The notes: a model not told the origin generated them from the letters alone. Positions 1 through 12,926 are shown, numbered from the whole stretch's first letter. The stretch: DNA of 63,982 bases, filler included, from 12 parts of 12 records of this genome joined end to end with filler, not necessarily neighbours in it; one strand, 5' to 3'. Made by a program: numbers and translations.

Positions 1-782
1 ATAACATCCGGTGAGACGGCCGCCGCGACTCGGGCCGAGCCCGGCTGCAGCTGGCTGACCACCGTCACTGGACTCGGGCTCAGCCTGGCCGCCTTCCTCG
101 GCTTTTTCAGCTCGCTGATCAGCCTGTCGCTCAGCGGAGTGATCCTGACCGCCTACCTCTGGTGCCCGGCTCAGGTTGTCCCACATGCTGACCGGCCAGT
201 GCAGCCCGATCGGACTGATGGTGGCTGTCACCGAGGCCGAGATGCTGTGCCACAAGACCGTGCTCGGCTATTTCCCCATCCTGCGCACCCACGCCGGCCG
301 CGGGGTCTCCTACATTTTCGTCGGCGGTGCGCCAGTCCGGGCTGCACCCCGGCTCACCTGTCGGCAGGTCTGGCTCTGAGCGTGGATTCGCTCCTGTGTA
401 TGATAGCTGGCCTGGCGCTCCTGGGCGGTGCGTGGCCTGGTGCTGCCTCGGAATGATTGGCTGCTGCTCAGAGGCCGGTGCTTCGATCGCGTTTGCCAAG
501 AGCCGCTCACAGCCTGAGAGCTACGAGAACGTGACCCAGGAGGAGGACGTCGCCATGGCACAGATGGTTCCAGCCGCCAGGTGCTCGGTCCGTGTGCATG
601 GGCTGACCCGTTTGGGGGGCAGCATTGCAACACCTGTTCCTACAGCGACAGCAGCCCCTCCAGCCCGGAGCTACAAAGAAATCTTGCCAAGTGCGGATCT
701 GTACAAGACGGACTCAATCTATCAAGTTGGCGGCCAGTCGTCCCTCGCCACTAGCGTACAGCTGACGGCAGTCGACGTGTAG
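1..782 (+). CDS. TVP15/COPI-associated-like small membrane protein, 5'-partial, intron-containing
   Basis: Hydrophobic segments and the motif YFPILRTHAGRGVSYIFVG, typical of the COPI-associated/TVP15 family. Short GT-AG introns join the frames. The 3' end is approximate. Confidence 0.55.
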
Positions 783-1221
783 GCCGGGGGGTTGGGCCAA
801 ACGCTCTCGGGCGCGTGCACGAGATAACTAATCGACCGTGGCAAGACTGAATTGGTTCAGCCAGTGTTGGCCATATAGCAATAATATAGCAAGGTTTCGT
901 CATCGTGGTCATTTAGATAGTGTAATAAAATGTTCAAAGGTGATCTCATCGATCTCATTATGCGAAACTGATTATCATCAACATCGCGGTGGATTGTACT
1001 TTCAATTGGCGGTTGTATGCTTCGCATCTGTTTTGCAGCCGATCATGACGCTACGGGGGTTCTCGTCGTCTATCACGCAAATACATATCGATATCACGCA
1101 TCGAATGCTCACTGAATGGCCATTCCTGTTCTCACTCTCAGTTTCGTCCTCAGATATGTCCGTTAGTTCTGGATGGTCAACACCTCGCAGTTCCGGCTTG
1201 ACGCGGCTCGGGCTGGCGGCA

Positions 1222-4200
1222 ATGGGGGCCGAACCCGAGGAGATGCCGCCGCTGGCGGTGGACCCCTTCAGGTCTGCCGAGATGGTGAACCTGATGATCT
1301 CCTTCCCGGACGACGGCGACCTGCCGCACGACCTGATTCGCGAGCTGGGAAAGACGAAGCTCTGCCAGTTCGAGGATGTGCGTCCTCCCCGCCGGCTGCG
1401 CCCCCCGGCTGAGCTTGCCCGGGCGCAGATGCACGCAGTCAAGGCTAAGGCCGGGAAGAAGCCGGTTGCGGTGCCCGCCAGCGCTCGCCGGTATCGCACT
1501 CAGCTAAAGACAGCCAGCGACTGTGCGTCAGCCCGGGCCCTCAGCCGCGAGCGAGCGGGCAGGCGCGCGTATGCTTAAAGTGCTTCAATCAGAGGTAAAT
1601 GCGCTGTGGGAGAAGGAGTGGATCGGGCACGGCCGGGGCCAAGTTCGGGTGGAGTTCACCCGTGACGCCTTCCCGAACCTGGGTCCCGATGCTGACTGGG
1701 CCCACTTCGGGCTCGCTCAAGGTAAACCATCGCTAGGGGGAGACTGGGCTGAGTGGCGTGGGTGCGCCAGGCGGGCTTGAGCCGCAGGCGCGACCAAAGG
1801 TGGGGGGATGGGTGGGTTGGGGGTTGACAGAGTTGGGCAGAACCTGGCGAACTGTCATCTCAAGCTGAAGCAATGGGTGGACGGGGTCAACCAGAATAAC
1901 GTCTCGCTCAGCCAGATCACGGAGGATATGAACAGACTCGTGGAGGCGATGAACGTGCTTCAGCTTTCCGGTGGCCGCCACTCATCCGGCATGCATGAGA
2001 CAGGCTTCACTTAGGTGCTCTGATTGACCAGACAAAGACCGCCTTCGCCCAGAGCAAAGGCGTGGCTGTGGAGATGCAAGAGGTGGCCGAGCCGCTTGTG
2101 GGCGACAAGTCCATGGTCACCGGCTGTGTGCCGGTCCGCCCATCTACTCGGCTTTCTCTTAGCGTTGAGTCAGGTTGAGAAGCTGGAAGGGCTCCGGCAC
2201 AAGCTTCACACTGTACTCCGAGGCAACTTCGTCATGGCCTCCACTCAGATCGCCGAGCCGCTCTTCGACGCGGCCACTGGTGCGCCGGTTCTCAAGGCAG
2301 TATTCTTGGTCTATTGCCCTGGCAAGGTCGGCTCCCCGGCTCGGCAGCCGCTTGCGAGCATCTGTCGGCAGGACATGAGTGCCCGGGTCGAGCGGATGGC
2401 CAAAGCATTCGGAGCTTCATTGCACACGCTCTGCAGCCCAGAGGACCGAGCTGCCACCGTGGCATCGCTGGGTGACCATGCCGGCTTGTCATCGATTGAG
2501 TGGCAGCAGGCGACGAGATTTACACTCGGAATGTGACTTTCCATCAGACCATGTCGGACAAGTACAAGAAACTGCAGTGCTTTTACCAGCACGCCCAGGA
2601 GCTCCGTGAGTTTGTGAGCGCTGAGCAGCTGATCTACTTCACCCTCAACAAATGCTCCGATAAGCCCGAGGACGGAGTCGAGCTCAAGTACAAGGCCATT
2701 ACTCGATTCCGCGCCAGTGTATGGGTCCCGACGGTGGCCATGCCCCAGATCCGGGCCGCGGTGGACCGGGCCAACAAGCTGTGCTGCTCGTCCCAGAAGC
2801 TGGTGCTGCTCAACATCGCTCCGAGCCTTGGACCCAAGAAAGACCCGACTCCGCCCACCTTCACCCCCACCAACAGCTTCACGGCTGGGTTCCAAGCGAT
2901 CGTGGACGGGTACGGCATCCCAGACTACAGGGAGATCAACCCGAACGTGTTTGCAACTGCCATGTTCCCGTTCCTATTTGGCGTCATGTTTGGCGACATC
3001 GTGCACGGGACTCTGATGCTCCTGTTCGGACTGGTCATGATTCTCAAGGAGGACAAGATCAACGCCATCCCCGATCGGAACGAGATCTTTGAGTACATGT
3101 TCTCTGGCCGGTCCGCCTGCCCAGCGGGCCTGTCTGAGCCATCCGCAGGTATACACTCTTCATGATGGGCGTCTGCGCCACCTACATGGGCTTCATCTAC
3201 AACGAGGCGCTCTCGCTATCCATGGACCTGTGGGGCTCGGCCTACGCCTACTCGTACACCTGCTCTTCCTCGGTCGGTGGCCTCGAGCCGATGCAGTTCC
3301 CGGACTTTGCTGGCAATCGAGTCGCCGCGACTGCCGAAGCCGGGATGGTCCAGTACGCCTCGACTGGCTGCACCGCCGACGCCCTCAAGCAGTCGGACAC
3401 CTGCTGGCGCTTCCTGGGGGACGAGCAGTACTTCAGCCAGCTCCCGTGTGGGCTCAACCCCAAGTTCCCTTGCTCAGACGAGATCGTGGCGCAGGTCAAC
3501 AAGTGCTACAGCGACCCAGCCGACCAGGTGGACACTGTCTCCATCAAGATGGAGCCCATGGTCGTCCCCTCCGGCGGAGACCCGCGTGCTTTCCTGCCGT
3601 CAGAAGTTGGACAGCCTGTCGACGCCTCGCATGTGAATGGAACCGTGGAGGACGCCGCTTACGCTTCGTACACACCGTACGCATTCGGCGTGGACCCTGT
3701 GTGGCGGTACTCGGGCTCTGCGATCCAGTTCACCAACAGTCTCAAGATGAAGATCTCTGTGATTCTCGGTGTCTCGCAGATGACTTTCGGGATTCTCCTC
3801 AAGTGGCTGAACAAGATTCATTTCGGCAAATTCGGAGAGTTCATGGCAGTCTGCATCCCTGAGCTCGTGTTCATGTGCGCTACATTCGGTTACATGAACT
3901 ACCTCATCTTTGTCAAGTGGTCCACAGACTACACCCAGGGTCAGGCTGGCGCTGGCGTGCCATGCTGGGAAACCTGCCCCACCTACGATGCTGATGCGTA
4001 CGGGGATGTCGGCTGCTACCGCGAGCCTCCGATGATCATCACCACTCTCATTGGCATGTTCATGGCTGTTGGGACTGTTGGCCAGGACCAGAACACGCTC
4101 GCCATGCGTTGCAAGTGAGCCGTCGCGCGACGTACCTGGCTGACTGTGTGGGCAGGTTCTGGCTCTTTGAGTCTCAAGAAGAGACCCAGGTGATGCTCCT

Positions 4201-4539
4201 GATCGCCGCAGTAATCTGCATCCCGTGGCTGTTCGTTGTCGAGCCGGTGCTGGTCTACCTGGAGCATCGGGCCGAAGTGAATGCCAAGTCCAAGTCTGGC
4301 TTCCACGCTCTCGAAGACAAACCAGAGGCTGCAGGCGACGAGGACGAGGACGAGGACGAGGACGACTTCTCGATGGGCGATGTGATCGTGGGCCAGAGCA
4401 TCCACGCCATTGAGTTCATCCTCGGATGTGTCTCCAACACAGCCTCGTACCTCCGTCTGTGGGCTCTGTCTCTGGCGCACTCGCAGCTCTCCGAGGTGTT
4501 CATGGAGTACATCTTCAAGGGGTACGAGATCGAACTCCT
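1222..4539 (+). CDS. ATP6V0A: V-type H+-ATPase V0 subunit a, multi-intron, 3'-partial
   Basis: Motifs [86 protein letters not shown]. Example intron 1378-1428 (GT-AG). Confidence 0.97.
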
Positions 4540-4639
4540 NNNNNNNNNNNNNNNNNNNNNNNNNNNNNNNNNNNNNNNNNNNNTTAATTAATTAANNNNN
4601 NNNNNNNNNNNNNNNNNNNNNNNNNNNNNNNNNNNNNNN
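4540..4639. other. Artificial contig linker
   Basis: N44 + TTAATTAATTAA (stop in all six frames) + N44. Confidence 0.99.
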
Positions 4640-4645
4640 GGAGCC

Positions 4646-5492
4646 ATGGAGGCCGAGCTTCGCCCGAGCATGGAGGCGCTCCGGCCGACCATGGAGGGCG
4701 AGCCGGCCGAGGCGAAGCAGTTTGAGCCGTACGAACCGCCGTGCTACAACGGCCACGCGGGAATAGCTGCCGGTTACTGGGGGGCCGCGGCTCTGCTGCT
4801 GCTCTACGGGGCGGGCGGGCTGTGGATCGGCCTGCACTCCTGGCCGCGCGACAGCGGCTGCGGCGGGCGCATGTTCGCCCAGGCGGTGGGGGCCGCCTGC
4901 TTGTCTGCCGGCGTGCTTGTGCTGCTCTACGCGCTGCTGCGGCGCCGTCTCCTGGCTTGGGAGGACGGATGCGGGCTGCTGCTATACGCCGGGTGCGGCT
5001 GCTGCTGCCGCTGCGTGGTGGTGGTCGCGCTGCTCTGCGGGATGGTGCTCGGGAGCGTCGAGTACGACTGGGACTGCGACTCCTCGGTGAGCGCTGCCGC
5101 TGGCATGGACGCAGGCGTGCAGCAGGTGTCCGGCTGGGTGCTCGGCTTCGTCGTCGGCGGCTGGGGAGTGCTGCTCATAACCACTGTGGTCCTCTGCTGC
5201 CTGCCCGCTTACAGAGACAGGTGCCGGACCGGGCCTGGCCGAGATGACGGCCGGCAGGTTTGAACTTAGGACGCTGGCACGCGAGGCCAAGGATTCCGGC
5301 GATGAGCAGCAGGGCGAGACTGAGCCACTGGCCCCGGCCGAAATCGACATCAACAGCGTCTCGGTGGAGATCGAAGAGGAGCCGACCTCACAGCAGAGCC
5401 CAAACGATAGCGTGAGCCAACAGAGCTTAGTGGCCGCGGCTGAAGAAGAGCCAGATGATGACGGTTCAGTGGGTCCGGTCATAAAACAATAA
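4646..5492 (+). CDS. Hypothetical multi-pass membrane protein with acidic C-terminal tail
   Basis: About 4 hydrophobic helices in ORF 4646-5263. A GT-AG intron near 5221-5257 joins it to the acidic ORF ending at 5492. Confidence 0.6.
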
Positions 5493-5858
5493 CAAACGTT
5501 GAATACATACATGTATTGTCTTAAAACCGACATATGCATTTAAATATTGTATGAAGCAACCCGTCGCCTTTGACAACGGGCAGCTAGACAACAACTAGTA
5601 CCAGATTAACTACAGATTAACTAGTACTATAGATACATTTGGTACCGTGGAATATGGAATTGATTAATTTATTTTGATCACGCTACTCACCGAACATTTG
5701 AAATACAGAATCACGCTACAATCACGCGTAAATCACGCGTGTATGAAGCGTATACGTAGTGTTGAACTCGTACAATCATAATTATAGAGCAAATACATTG
5801 TATACTGCGTAAGCGCCTTAATACTGCCGCCCAAGCGGCTTCAGTGATCAGCACTTGA

Positions 5859-7889
5859 TCACGAGCTCTGGGTCGCGCTAAGCAGCCGGTACCTATTGAG
5901 CGCGGCGGCCACCTCGAACCGCCTCGGGCGGGCGTAGTCGCCTAAGCTCTGCGGGCTGAGCAGGTCCAGTCCGCGCTGGTCGAGTTGCTGGTCCAGTCTG
6001 GTGACTGCTTGCTCGACCGACACCCGCTGCAGGTTGTGCTGGATCCACTTGATCCCGTCCATGATCGCCCGGGTCTGGCTCTTCTCTACGATCTGCTCCA
6101 CCCCCGACAGGTCGATCCCACACTCGCCCACCTCCGCGGTCTCATGGTCGCGCACTCGGATCTTCTCGCGCCCGAACGGCTGGAGTGAATCCATCTGCGG
6201 GTACCGGGCGGTGATCTGGCCAAAGCTCGCGCCGCCCTCCTCCACTCGCTGCGAGGGCAGTTCGGCCGCGATTCGCTTGGCCTCGGCTGCGGGCCTGGCT
6301 CAGCCGGCTCACGGGGCGGGCACCTGTGGCGTCCTGCGGGAGGTATCCCTCGCAGAGCACGACCGAGTGGGCCACGTCGAAGTAGTCCCCGGCCCCGCCA
6401 GTCACCTGGCCACACTCAGCTGGCCCACAGGGCAGCCGACCATGATCACAGAGACGCCATGGTCCGCGTGGAGCTGATGGACCTTGTAGATGAATGGGGT
6501 GATCGGCTCGTGCTGCTTGGCGATCAGCCGCTGCATCCGATGGTCCCGAATCATGAAGTTGGTCGCGCAAGTGTCCTCGTCGAGCAAGAGAGTCCGGCTG
6601 CCGGCCTCGACTGCCTCAATGATGTTGGCTGCCTGCGATGTCGACCCGCTGGCGTCGGCGGTCTCGAAGCACTGGGTGGACTTGTCGTAGGGCAGGTTGT
6701 TGATGAACGGACGGATGTCCACGCAATGGCACGCCCGGCCTGCCGCACCACTCACTAGATACCGGGCGAGCGCGCTACCGTCCTCGGCGCGAATCTTGAC
6801 TGCGGACGGCTCAATAACAACGAACTCGCGGCCATCTCCGATGCAGTGGTTGTACACCCCGAGCTCCAGCGCGGCCAGCAGCGTTGATTTGCCGTGGAAT
6901 CCGCCGCCCACGATCAGCGTGATCCCCTGCTCGATGGCCATCCCAGTCACTTGCCGGCCACTCGGCAAATCAAGAGTTCGGCGCATCTCAGGCGGCGAGG
7001 CGAACCGGACCACCGACGGGCCCTGCATCGGGGTGTCGGCGGCCCCTGTGGCCCGCGGGAGGACGGCGCCATCCAGCACGAACCCGATCAGCCCATTCGG
7101 TATGAGCATCTCCCTGAGCGCCTGCTGGTCCTCTACAGACTGCACGTGCGCCTGCAGCCCAGGCTGGTCCAGGTGCTCCCAGAACAGGCTGTGCAGCGCC
7201 ACGTTCGGCATGGTCTCGGTGAGGATCTGGTGCGCCCACTGCCCAATCACAGACCTGCCACGCGCCGGAAGGTTGACAGTCACTCGGCACTCAATCCAGT
7301 CTGGCCCGAGCACCACCGAGCTGCGCTCGATCACGTGCTGCCCGGGTGCGTCCACCGTGATCTCGCCGCCCTTCTCTCCGCTCCAGCCGCCGCTCTGGTG
7401 GTGCACGTGGTGCCCGCCGCTGGTGACCAGCTGGTGCAACTGCCGAGTGAGGAAGTCGCACAGAGCCACCCGCCGGATCGGGCTGCTCATGCTCTCGGCC
7501 GGCAGCCCGCTCTCGGCCAGCGGCACCCGCAGCCGCATCCGGGAGGGCATAGCGAACGGGTCGGCTTGGACGTAATCCACCAGAAGCACGATCGCCCGCT
7601 CAAACTGCCACCCGCCCCGCAGGTCGTTGTATGCCTTGTAACCGGCCCCGTCGATCCGCCGGAGCACATCCGTCAGCTCCGTCGCCGGCCGCGCCCGATC
7701 TGCGCTGGCTGGCGCTTGCTGCGGCCTCGGGCCGTTGTCTCCGCCGCCCTTGCCCTTGCCGCCGCCGCCCTTGCCCTTGCCGCCGCCACCGCCCTTGCCC
7801 TTACCGCCGCCACCGTACTTGTTGCGGTAGTATTCGCCTGGACGCCCCAGCTCAAAAGCCCGCCGCCCCAGCCCGCCACCTTTACCCAT
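5859..7889 (-). CDS. Predicted ABC-class P-loop ATPase (COG3044 / MRB1590-like) with a Gly/Lys-rich N-terminus, 3 introns
   Basis: Walker A GGGFHGKST, plus KIRAEDGR, ASGSTSQAAN, LLLDEDTCATNFMIRD, EPITPF, GGAGDYFDVA and RRFEVAAALNR. Three short GT-AG introns restore one frame. Confidence 0.92.
7741..7815 (-). repeat. Coding tandem repeat (GGGGKGK)n
   Basis: Repeated ccgccgcccttgcccttg units on the + strand. Confidence 0.85.
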
Positions 7890-8339
7890 ACCGCTCGCTG
7901 GTCGCGGGTGCTTCGTGGTTGGCCACGTCCGAGGTGGATCCGTTAGAATTCTCCCCGAACCTAACTGGGGGGCTCCGCGCTTGCTGCGGATTATGGGCCG
8001 GGCGAGCCGGGGCGGGGCCGCTGGGAGGTATGGCGGATGGTCCGGACCGTCGGCCGCGCCGGAACAGCCGGTTCAACGAGCGGGCCCGATGCGGCAAGCA
8101 CCGGCGGACGTCGTGCCCGCTTCCAGGCCACGCTCGACGGTACTCGACAGGTAACTAGTGCGAGATCCACTCCGTTGTCCAGGGATACGCTCGCCCCATA
8201 GGCGTATATAGGCGATGGGACGGCGGAAGTTGCGCTGGGGGCGAGGTTCTCCGCCTCATGGTTCCGAGCCAGCTGCAGTCCGTAGTCCCGATGTCGGTCA
8301 AGTGTTGACCGCAGTCGTCTTCGCACCGGTTCGCTGCAA

Positions 8340-8981
8340 ATGGTGGAGGTGCTGAGCCGGCAGGCGAGCCCCCCGGAGCAGTTCGAGCACACCTTCAGCG
8401 CCCCAGGGCCGCTCGGGCTCCAGCTGGGCAGTCTCAACCCGTCGGGGGCCTACCTGCACTCGATCACCGCCCCGGAGCTCCATGAGGCCGGGCTGCGGGT
8501 CGGGATGTCGGTCGAAGCCGTGGCCGGCAAACCGGTGAACGGGCTAGATCTCAACCGGGTGGCCGCTCTAGTCCGCAGCGCCGATCGCCCGCTCACGATC
8601 CAGTTCAGCAACCGGGCGGTCGGCGGGGAGCAAGCCGGGACCGAGCTGGAGCACACGTTCGAGCGGCCGGGCAAGCTAGGACTGAGGCTGCGGCCTGCCG
8701 GCAAGTGGGCCGGCACCGGGGCCGAGGTTGAGGCGGTGCTCGAGCCGGGGCTGGCCAATCTGGGGATCGAGCCCGGGATGGTGGTCGACCAACTGGACGG
8801 CCAGCAGGTGGGTGGATGGAAGTTTGACCAAGTGGCCGAGGCGCTCGGGGACAGGCCGGTGCGGGTCAAGTTCAAGGGGCCGCAGTGGGGGCAGCAGTTC
8901 CTGAAGGAGCAAGTGATGGACAACACGGTGGCGTTCACGCTCTTCCAGCTGGCGCTCTATTCACAGGGGATCATCCTGTAG
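8340..8981 (+). CDS. Tandem PDZ-domain protein with a hydrophobic C-terminus
   Basis: Two related repeats (EHTF..PGPLGLQL / EHTF..PGKLGLRL; GL.VGM.V.AVAGK.V; RP.T/V.F). Confidence 0.75.
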   Translation: MVEVLSRQASPPEQFEHTFSAPGPLGLQLGSLNPSGAYLHSITAPELHEAGLRVGMSVEAVAGKPVNGLDLNRVAALVRSADRPLTIQFSNRAVGGEQAGTELEHTFERPGKLGLRLRPAGKWAGTGAEVEAVLEPGLANLGIEPGMVVDQLDGQQVGGWKFDQVAEALGDRPVRVKFKGPQWGQQFLKEQVMDNTVAFTLFQLALYSQGIIL

Positions 8982-9261
8982 GCAACAGACTGGTATCACG
9001 CTCAGAGACACATTGTAACATAGCAACCGTGGCGCCACATCTAGACATAAGCAGCAAATACAGAGACAGGGCATTCAAGGCCGCCAACCGAGCATTTCTG
9101 CTCTCAACTAATTCATTCGTTTCACACAGTACGAGTACGCGGATCAGAATCATTATCAGCTAATACGACCGTGCACGTCGTGCTTTTATATATCTCATTG
9201 TTAAAAAATAAGTATAGCTAGCCATCTTGGACGAGCATCGCCAGCCGCTAGCCCCGGCGCT

Positions 9262-10295
9262 TCAGGTGCGTGGGCCCTCGTCGCCCTCCCATAGCCTGAC
9301 ATAGATAGGCGGGTGCATTACATCCTGCCCGGCCTGGCTCTTGATCTCAAATCCCAACGGATACTCGAACACCGCCCACTCGGGCAGGTCCACCCGCCGC
9401 ACCCGCCCGAACCCGGCCAGCAGCTCGCACACTGTCATCTGGCCCCGCGGCTTGTGGCCCGGCTGGTCGCTCCATAGTGTGCTGCTGTGAGGGCCCCAAA
9501 CCCGGCACAGCCGCAGCCCGTGCCCGCCGGTCGGGTCGAGCGCCGCCAGCACCGGGCCGGCCAGCTCATCCAGGCTGAGCCCCGGCTGGTCCACCTGTAT
9601 GGCCGGGGCTTGCCCGCCCTCTGGCAGCGCCAGCAGCTCGGGCACTGCAGGCTCCCTCGGGCGGGACCTAGCCGATTGCCATGACATGGTCACCATCCCT
9701 GGCCCCGGCTCGCCCGCCGGCCGCCCGGCCGCCGCACGTTCCAGCTCGTCCTCCGGGTGCTCCCAGCCGTGCCGGTGCGCCCACCCGAGTAGCTGGCTCA
9801 CCGAGCTGCCCCCCGCTCCCCGGCCGGTGCCAGCCGCAGGCGCCTGGTGTGGGCCGGGTGCGAGTGCGGCCGGTCCTGTCGGAGCAGTCCGTTGTCGGCC
9901 AGCAGGCAGATATAATCGTCCGACTGGAGGAACTTGTGCCAGCGCACCCCGGGCTGCTGGCCCACCCCGGGCCTCTCCGTGAGCGGCATCGGATCCTCCC
10001 GGCCGCACAGCTGGTAGCTCACCACGAACGGAAGCCGGGCCAGCTCCACCGCCCCGGCCCACGGCTGGAACACCTTGGCCGCCGACAGCTTCTTGGCGAA
10101 CTTGGCCGTGTTGTCGATCTGGAGCGCCCGCCCGATCTGCTCCAGCCCGGCCGTCCAGCGGTGCCGGGGCGAGCCGTCCGGCAGGATGTGGCTCGGGTGC
10201 GCCCGCAACTCGAGCTGCAGCCGGCCCAGCCCCGGCACCACCAGCGCGCACCGGCGGCTGGTCTCAAACTCCACCGCGGCCCTCTCATCGCCCAT
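9262..10295 (-). CDS. Hypothetical protein, intron-containing
   Basis: Two overlapping minus-strand ORFs with coding-like composition, joinable by an intron near 9800. Ends at an AT-rich spacer. Confidence 0.5.
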
Positions 10296-10392
10296 ACCGG
10301 CGCGTTGTATGGGCGCGGCGTGCTGTGGGGGCAGCGAGGACGGGCTTCCCTCTCGCCTGCCGCCGGGCGGCCGTCACGACCCCGAAGGTGGG

Positions 10393-11292
10393 ATGGGCAA
10401 TCGGTGCTGCATGCCCAGGGCTGCGGCCGCCGACCCGGCGCCCACCGCCGACCCGTACACTCAGCTGGCCCAGCTGGCCGCCCCGCTGGTCCCCGAGTGC
10501 GACCGCCCGCCGTGGTCCGGGCCGAACGGGCTGCTAGCCAAGTGCCTCCGGTCGCGGGACGGCAGCGTGTCCGAGGCCTTCGCGGTGCTCAAAAGCTTCG
10601 TCGAGCTCCGGCAATCAAGCGGTGCGCCCGCGGCCGGCCGGTCGGAGCAGCGCGCGGCAGGCTGGGGCTACCGGATCGGCCCGGCGGAGGTGGCGCCGGC
10701 GCTCCGGAGTGGAGTGCACTGGCTGTTGCCGGGGAGGGATACGGCCGGCCGGGCGGTGGTTGTGTTCAATCCCAACTACATGGAACTAGGGGGCGCGCTC
10801 AGGGTGGCCGACTACCAGCGGATGGGCGCCTTCGTGGTCGAGCGGATGGTCGACGCGCACGACGTGCGGCCGGGGCGGGAGCGGGCTGATATCTGGGGGC
10901 AGGTGCAGCTGCAAGGGATCTGCCTGGTGGTCGACCTGCAAGGGCTAACAGTCAAGAAGATGATCAAGCTGAGCAGCCTGCGCGACATGCGCCGCGGGGT
11001 GCAGATGTGGCAGGGGGCATTCCCGTGCAAGCTGCGCCGGGTGCTCATTCTGAACGCATCGGGGGTCACTCGTGGCGCCATCTCGATAGCGCGGTCGCTG
11101 CTCCCCGCAAAGATCAAGGCTCGGCTCCAGCTGTGCTCACTCCCGGAGCTGCACCAGGAGGTGCCGCCCGAGATGCTCCCGGGCTCGCTCGGGGGGACGC
11201 TTGAGTTCAGCTGGAGGGCCTGTGTGGAGCAGCTTTTAGACGAGCCTCAGGAGGCGGGCAGCGAGGGTTGCGGCCCGGAGGACGCGGAGCAG
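10393..11292 (+). CDS. CRAL-TRIO (Sec14-like) lipid-binding protein, 3'-partial
   Basis: Motifs LPGRD..GRAVV, GICLVVDLQGL, QGAFPCKLRRVLILNA and EMLPGSLGG. N-terminus MGNRCC is an acylation-like motif. Confidence 0.85.
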
Positions 11293-11392
11293 NNNNNNNN
11301 NNNNNNNNNNNNNNNNNNNNNNNNNNNNNNNNNNNNTTAATTAATTAANNNNNNNNNNNNNNNNNNNNNNNNNNNNNNNNNNNNNNNNNNNN
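11293..11392. other. Artificial contig linker
   Basis: N44-TTAATTAATTAA-N44. Confidence 0.99.
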
Positions 11393-12842
11393 CCGGCAGC
11401 TAGCGCAACCCTCTGGTAGTTGGCCGCCACGCCCTTACCTGCGCCCACAGGCTGAGCTAGGCCCGGACGGGCGGCTGACCGTCCGTTATGATGGTTTTCT
11501 CTAGCAGTTGATCGATGGCTGCCTGGCTCAGCCTGTCAGATACAGACCAGCATATACTCGCCTGGTCGACGGTGCCATCCGGGCCATACGCACTCACGGA
11601 GGGCTCAATGACCTCATCCCCACTCTGCAGGCCCGCTCAGCCCTGCCGGCCGGCCGCTGGTACCGCCGGCTCGTTGATTGCCCGAGAGCTGGCCACGAAC
11701 TGGGTCTCAAGGCAGCTAGCTTTGGTCCAGCTCGGCAGGCCAGTCCGGATTGAAGGCAGCATGGTGTACCGGAAGAACCGGGCCGAGTGGGTGCCCTGCA
11801 GCTCGCCCGACTCGGTCGTCGACGAGAGCTCCACTGTGACAAAGCAGCCTCCGTGTACTGGGAGCGCTCCTGGCTGCCCATCCGGCTTCTCAACCTGTGC
11901 TGACATCTCGAGCCAGTAGCTCTGGTCGTGCGTGGACGGCTGGCGGAGCTTGCAGCTGTAATCGACCAGCGCCAGCATAGGGTCCACACTCAGCCGGGCC
12001 GCCTCCGCCATGGCTTCGACCATTGTTGCGTGGATGCACCCACCGTGTACGAGATCAAACAGCAGCTTGTGGTTCTTGGCGCCCTGCGCGTTAACCCCGT
12101 ACTTGACCACCCCCACCGCCGCCTGCTTGACCGGGTTCCAGAACATAGCCAGCGCTATCCCGCGCCCGGACACCGCGTCCGCCCCCACCACAAACCCGCC
12201 GTCAGACGTCCACTCAAACTGCTTTGACCAAGGGTCCCAACTCTGCCGGGCGGTAAGCTGCAGATTCTGCTCGGCCGCCCGCGCTATTGCCCAGTCCTGG
12301 TCGCTCAGCGTGCTGGGCCGGCCGGAGCCCAGCCCGGCTTTGATCGCCTGCTTCCTATACAGCCCCGGGGTGCACCCGCTCCAGCTCGGCTGGCCAGCCG
12401 TCGCGTTCATCGACAGCGGCTCCCCGGCAGTCGGCTTGCGGTACGAGCTCTTTGCCGCCCCGAGCGCTCCGCCGCTGGCGTACCACTCGTCGACGTCCTT
12501 GACTGGCCAGAGTTCGACCGCAGTCCAGTCGAGTTCCAGCGGTTCCCCCCAGTTCCCGAGCACCTGCGAGTACTTCTGGCGGCATTCGAGCACTTGGAGC
12601 AGCCAATCCAAGTCCATCTCGTGCTGCCACTGCTCCTCGGCCTCCGGGCAGACCACAGGCGGCCCGCGGGCCAGCGGGGGCTTGGGACGGGCCGCCGGGA
12701 TGGCCTGGCCGTCCGACTCGAAATACTCGCGGATCTCGTCCTCGGTCCAGTCCTCCGCGGCCTCGGCCGGGGCCTGGATGTTGTCCAGCGCGTACTCCTC
12801 CTCCAGCTCATCGATCAGCTCGCGCCGACTAGCCTCGTCCAT
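11393..12842 (-). CDS. Protein with a hotdog-fold thioesterase-like domain (VHGG motif), probably 3'-partial
   Basis: LVHGGCIHATMVEAM followed by a PaaI/THEM4-like strand pattern, with an acidic N-terminus. Introns probably extend it past 11637. Confidence 0.55.
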
Positions 12843-12926
12843 TGCTGGCTGCGACTGCTCGAGGCGAGTAGAGCGTTATCTCACCAAAAAGCCGTTGTAG
12901 TGCTGTTGCAGTGCCCAGAGACTGCG

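Noticed and set aside
7992-8200. Possible small spliced ORF between the ATPase and PDZ genes
   Set aside because: It has no recognisable motif and cannot be distinguished from chance in GC-rich DNA.
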